From assembly GCA_002269645.1 (NCBI GenBank), contig NIVC01005207.1:1-21280 (forward strand): a DNA stretch of 21,280 nt. The letters run 5' to 3'. The DNA comes from Macrostomum lignano (Eukaryota). Positions 19,616-21,280 of the stretch are shown piece by piece. The translations under genes and the position numbers were made by a program. Each line of letters opens with the position of its first letter. Position 1 is the first letter of the stretch. The notes beneath the pieces are model-generated. The model did not search any database and was not told where the DNA came from. It saw only the letters and a program-made list of their open reading frames with translations.

Positions 19616-19935
19616 GACCCTTAGCGCTGCGGCGCGTGCGACGGGTTCTAGAAAGTTTGTGTGTGTTGGAGAGAGTTGGAAGCGTTGACGATACAAAATA
19701 CCCAGCAAACCAAAGCGAACGACGAGAGCGTGTTCTCACCATTCAAAAAGAATTAATCGTTGTAAGTGTGAAATGGCCTGTTTGACCGAAATGAAGCGAG
19801 GATGAGCGAAGCGAGTTGAGCGAAGTGAAGACGAGCGAAAATGAAGGGAAACAGGCCATTTCACACTGATAAAGGGTTAAATTGTTTGCAATGGTGAGAA
19901 TGGTTTGCTGGGTATTTTGTATCGTATATACTACT
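19616..19935 (-). repeat. Right terminal inverted repeat
   Basis: Ends ATCGTATATACTACT; reverse complement of 2570-2890. Confidence 0.97.
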
Positions 19936-19945
19936 AGTACTGTAA

Positions 19946-20209
19946 CTGGACTGCAGCTCTCTCAATCTGCGGCTTCCTCTCCTAGACCTAGTGGACAGCT
20001 GCAGCTCTCTAGTCTCAGTTCAACTTCAGTTGACTGCCAATGTTGCTCAGTCACTCAGTTCCTTCATGTTTTTGGACTGCGGCTCTCTCAATGTTAGCTC
20101 TAGTGTGGGCTGCAGCTCTCCCTCAGTTCCTTCAGTGTGGACTGCAGCTCTCCCTCAGTTACTTCAGTGTGGACTGCAGCTCTCCCTCAGTTACTTCAGT
20201 GTGGACTGC
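19946..20209. repeat. Same 32-bp host minisatellite, right flank
   Basis: Degenerate units next to the element, near-consensus units at about 20105-20209. Confidence 0.85.
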
Positions 20210-20227
20210 TTCGTGCCACAATTTCAG

Positions 20228-20532
20228 AACTTCGTGCCGGACTACAGCAAGCAGACAGCAGTCATCAACAGCAGCAGCAGCAGCACCGACAGCATCTGTC
20301 AGCGATGCTCCAGGAGGTGTTGAGCCGACTCGACGCCGGTGCTGAGCAGCTGGCATCGGCCAGGCCCGAGCACCGAGCCCTGCTGCTGGCGTCTCTCGTC
20401 GCCGAACCGGATTCCACGGCCTCCTCAGCCGCCACCGTCGCTGCTCCGACAGAAGTCGCCGCCGCTGCCGCCGGCTGTCATCAGGAGGACGAAGATGACG
20501 CAGTCAGAGTGCCTGTTCTGTTTGGACTTTAG
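20228..20532 (+). CDS. Probable terminal exon of a host gene (ELRAGLQQADSSHQQQQQQ..PVLFGL*)
   Basis: GC-rich open frame, ATTTCAG acceptor ending 20227, phase 1; no family recognised. Confidence 0.5.
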
Positions 20533-20722
20533 CTGGTTTTATTAATAGTAGCTATATAAACATTACAAAACGGTCAATCAAATATCCGATACATGTTGCT
20601 TTAGCTAGTTTGCTTTTCTTTGCTTTTCTTTGCTTTTGAAGCAGGCTTCCATTTCTATTGGTCAAAGACGTACGCAGGGTTTTCCGTCTGGTTTGGGTCT
20701 TGGGCTGACGCTGTGAGAGTTT

Positions 20723-21027
20723 GGCACTCCTGCCGCAGAAAGTGGCGCCCTTAGCGCAGAAAGTAGCACCCTTAGCGCAGAAAGTGGCACCCTTAGCGCA
20801 GAAAGTGGCACCCCTGGCACAGAAAATAGCGCCACATTGGCACAAAAATAGCACCATTGGCACAGAAGGTGGCACCCCTAGCACAGAAAGTGGCACCCCT
20901 AGCACAGAAAGTGGCACCCCTAGCACAGAAAATGGCACCCCTAGCACAGAAAGTGGCACCCCTAGCACAGAAGGTGGCACCCCTAGCACAGAAAGTGGCA
21001 CCCCTAGCACAGAAAATGGCACCCCTA
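20723..21027. repeat. Host 21-bp minisatellite (GGCACCCCTAGCACAGAAAGT)
   Basis: About 14 tandem units visible. Confidence 0.95.
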
Positions 21028-21280
21028 ACTTTTAACGTCAGATAGCCTTCTCCGTACGCCGCTGACACTAACCTGCTTATCTTTGCTTACAATTCATTTT
21101 TTTGCCAAAAGTAAGGACTGTCTACTTGCTACTCAAATAGGAATTAACTAATAATTGCGAATAATCTGCAGCATAAAGTTTGATTGCACTTATACAGAAA
21201 AAAACGAAAACCTGTGCACACTTTTACCGTAAAATGACATTTTAGCTTTTTTCTTTAAAAATCAGCAAATACACTGGCTG

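Larger units (their letters stand above)
2570..19935. mobile_element. Full-length Polinton/Maverick (polintovirus, adintovirus-like)
   Basis: ~320-bp TIRs with AGTAGT...ACTACT termini; pPolB, rve integrase, capsid proteins, A32-like ATPase and cysteine protease inside; AT-rich relative to flanking exons. Confidence 0.97.

Noticed and set aside
20552-21068. Repetitive ORFs on both strands
   Set aside because: Translation of a 21-bp minisatellite.

Overview
Eukaryotic, probably animal, genomic DNA carrying a full-length ~17.4-kb Polinton/Maverick (adintovirus-like endogenous virus) at 2570-19935. It is bounded by ~320-bp terminal inverted repeats starting AGTAGT and sits in a 32-bp host minisatellite, possibly inside a host-gene intron. 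It encodes protein-primed DNA polymerase B, rve integrase fused to a PLA2-like domain, major and minor capsid proteins, packaging ATPase, adenain-like protease, a lectin-tipped fibre, core/membrane proteins and several unknown ORFs. Most genes are broken by single-base indels that look like long-read assembly errors. The standout is a 333-nt IC1-type group I self-splicing intron (4641-4973, minus strand) in the conserved G|PGT motif of the PLA2-integrase gene, with an intact free-standing HNH endonuclease immediately upstream: an apparent intron-homing system inside a nuclear Polinton. The intron also contains a 28-bp double-hairpin module that recurs in an intergenic spacer. All assignments come from reading motifs by eye; no searches were run.
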